DNA of 64,000 bases from the NCBI GenBank assembly GCA_001949185.1, contig BDGG01000002.1, positions 4,764,448 to 4,828,447 on the forward strand, in the 5' to 3' direction. Shown piece by piece: positions 63,890 through 64,000 of the stretch. The notes under the pieces are model-generated. The model did not search any database. It saw only the letters and a list, made by a program, of their open reading frames with translations, and was not told where the DNA came from. How positions within the stretch are numbered: position 1 is the stretch's first letter; the number at the start of each line of letters is the position of its first letter. This DNA comes from Ramazzottius varieornatus. Lineage: Eukaryota > Animalia > Tardigrada. The position numbers and the translations under genes are program-made.

Positions 63890-63951
63890 CAGGTTTTACT
63901 TTGTTAATAGCTGGCAATGTGCGCCACTTGAGAAAACAATCGGTTTCAGTT
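63890..63951. repeat. Palindromic element, copy 11 (partial: loop and right arm), 3' of apextrin
   Basis: tgtgcgccacttgagaaaacaatcggtttcagtt matches the right-arm consensus; the left arm is degraded. Confidence 0.65.
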
Positions 63952-64000
63952 CATCTGCCCACATTCAAGTTGTTTAGAATGTCATGTGACGAGACAATAA

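Noticed and set aside
13705-63951. Reading the palindromic family as CRISPR repeats, integron attC sites or introner elements
   Set aside because: The copies are dispersed in eukaryotic introns, the loops are mutually homologous, no cas or integrase gene is present, and the elements lie inside introns rather than supplying splice sites.

Overview
Gene-dense eukaryotic (invertebrate animal) DNA with many short GT-AG introns, mostly 55-110 nt. The compact introns, a MACPF-ApeC (apextrin) gene and Tc4/Tc5-type transposons suggest a compact-genome ecdysozoan such as a tardigrade; this is inference only. I spliced about 19 protein-coding genes by eye: laminin beta 3' end, an orphan 6-exon gene, UFC1, HDHD3/Reg-2, an orphan multi-TM protein, CPED1-like, a tetraspanin, MED1, PRPF38A, an SMB-domain class-B GPCR, a PPxY single-pass protein, RPP25-like, a small secreted protein, a TTLL3-type glycylase, a histamine H1-like GPCR, VPS26, Dispatched and apextrin. 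Non-genic structure includes a Tc4-like foldback element with a CTNAG target next to a decayed Tc5-like transposase. The most unusual signal is a family of ~90-bp palindromes (core CAAGTGGCGCAC...GTGCGCCACTTG) with 11 copies, almost all inside introns. Exon boundaries are manual predictions and no database searches were run.
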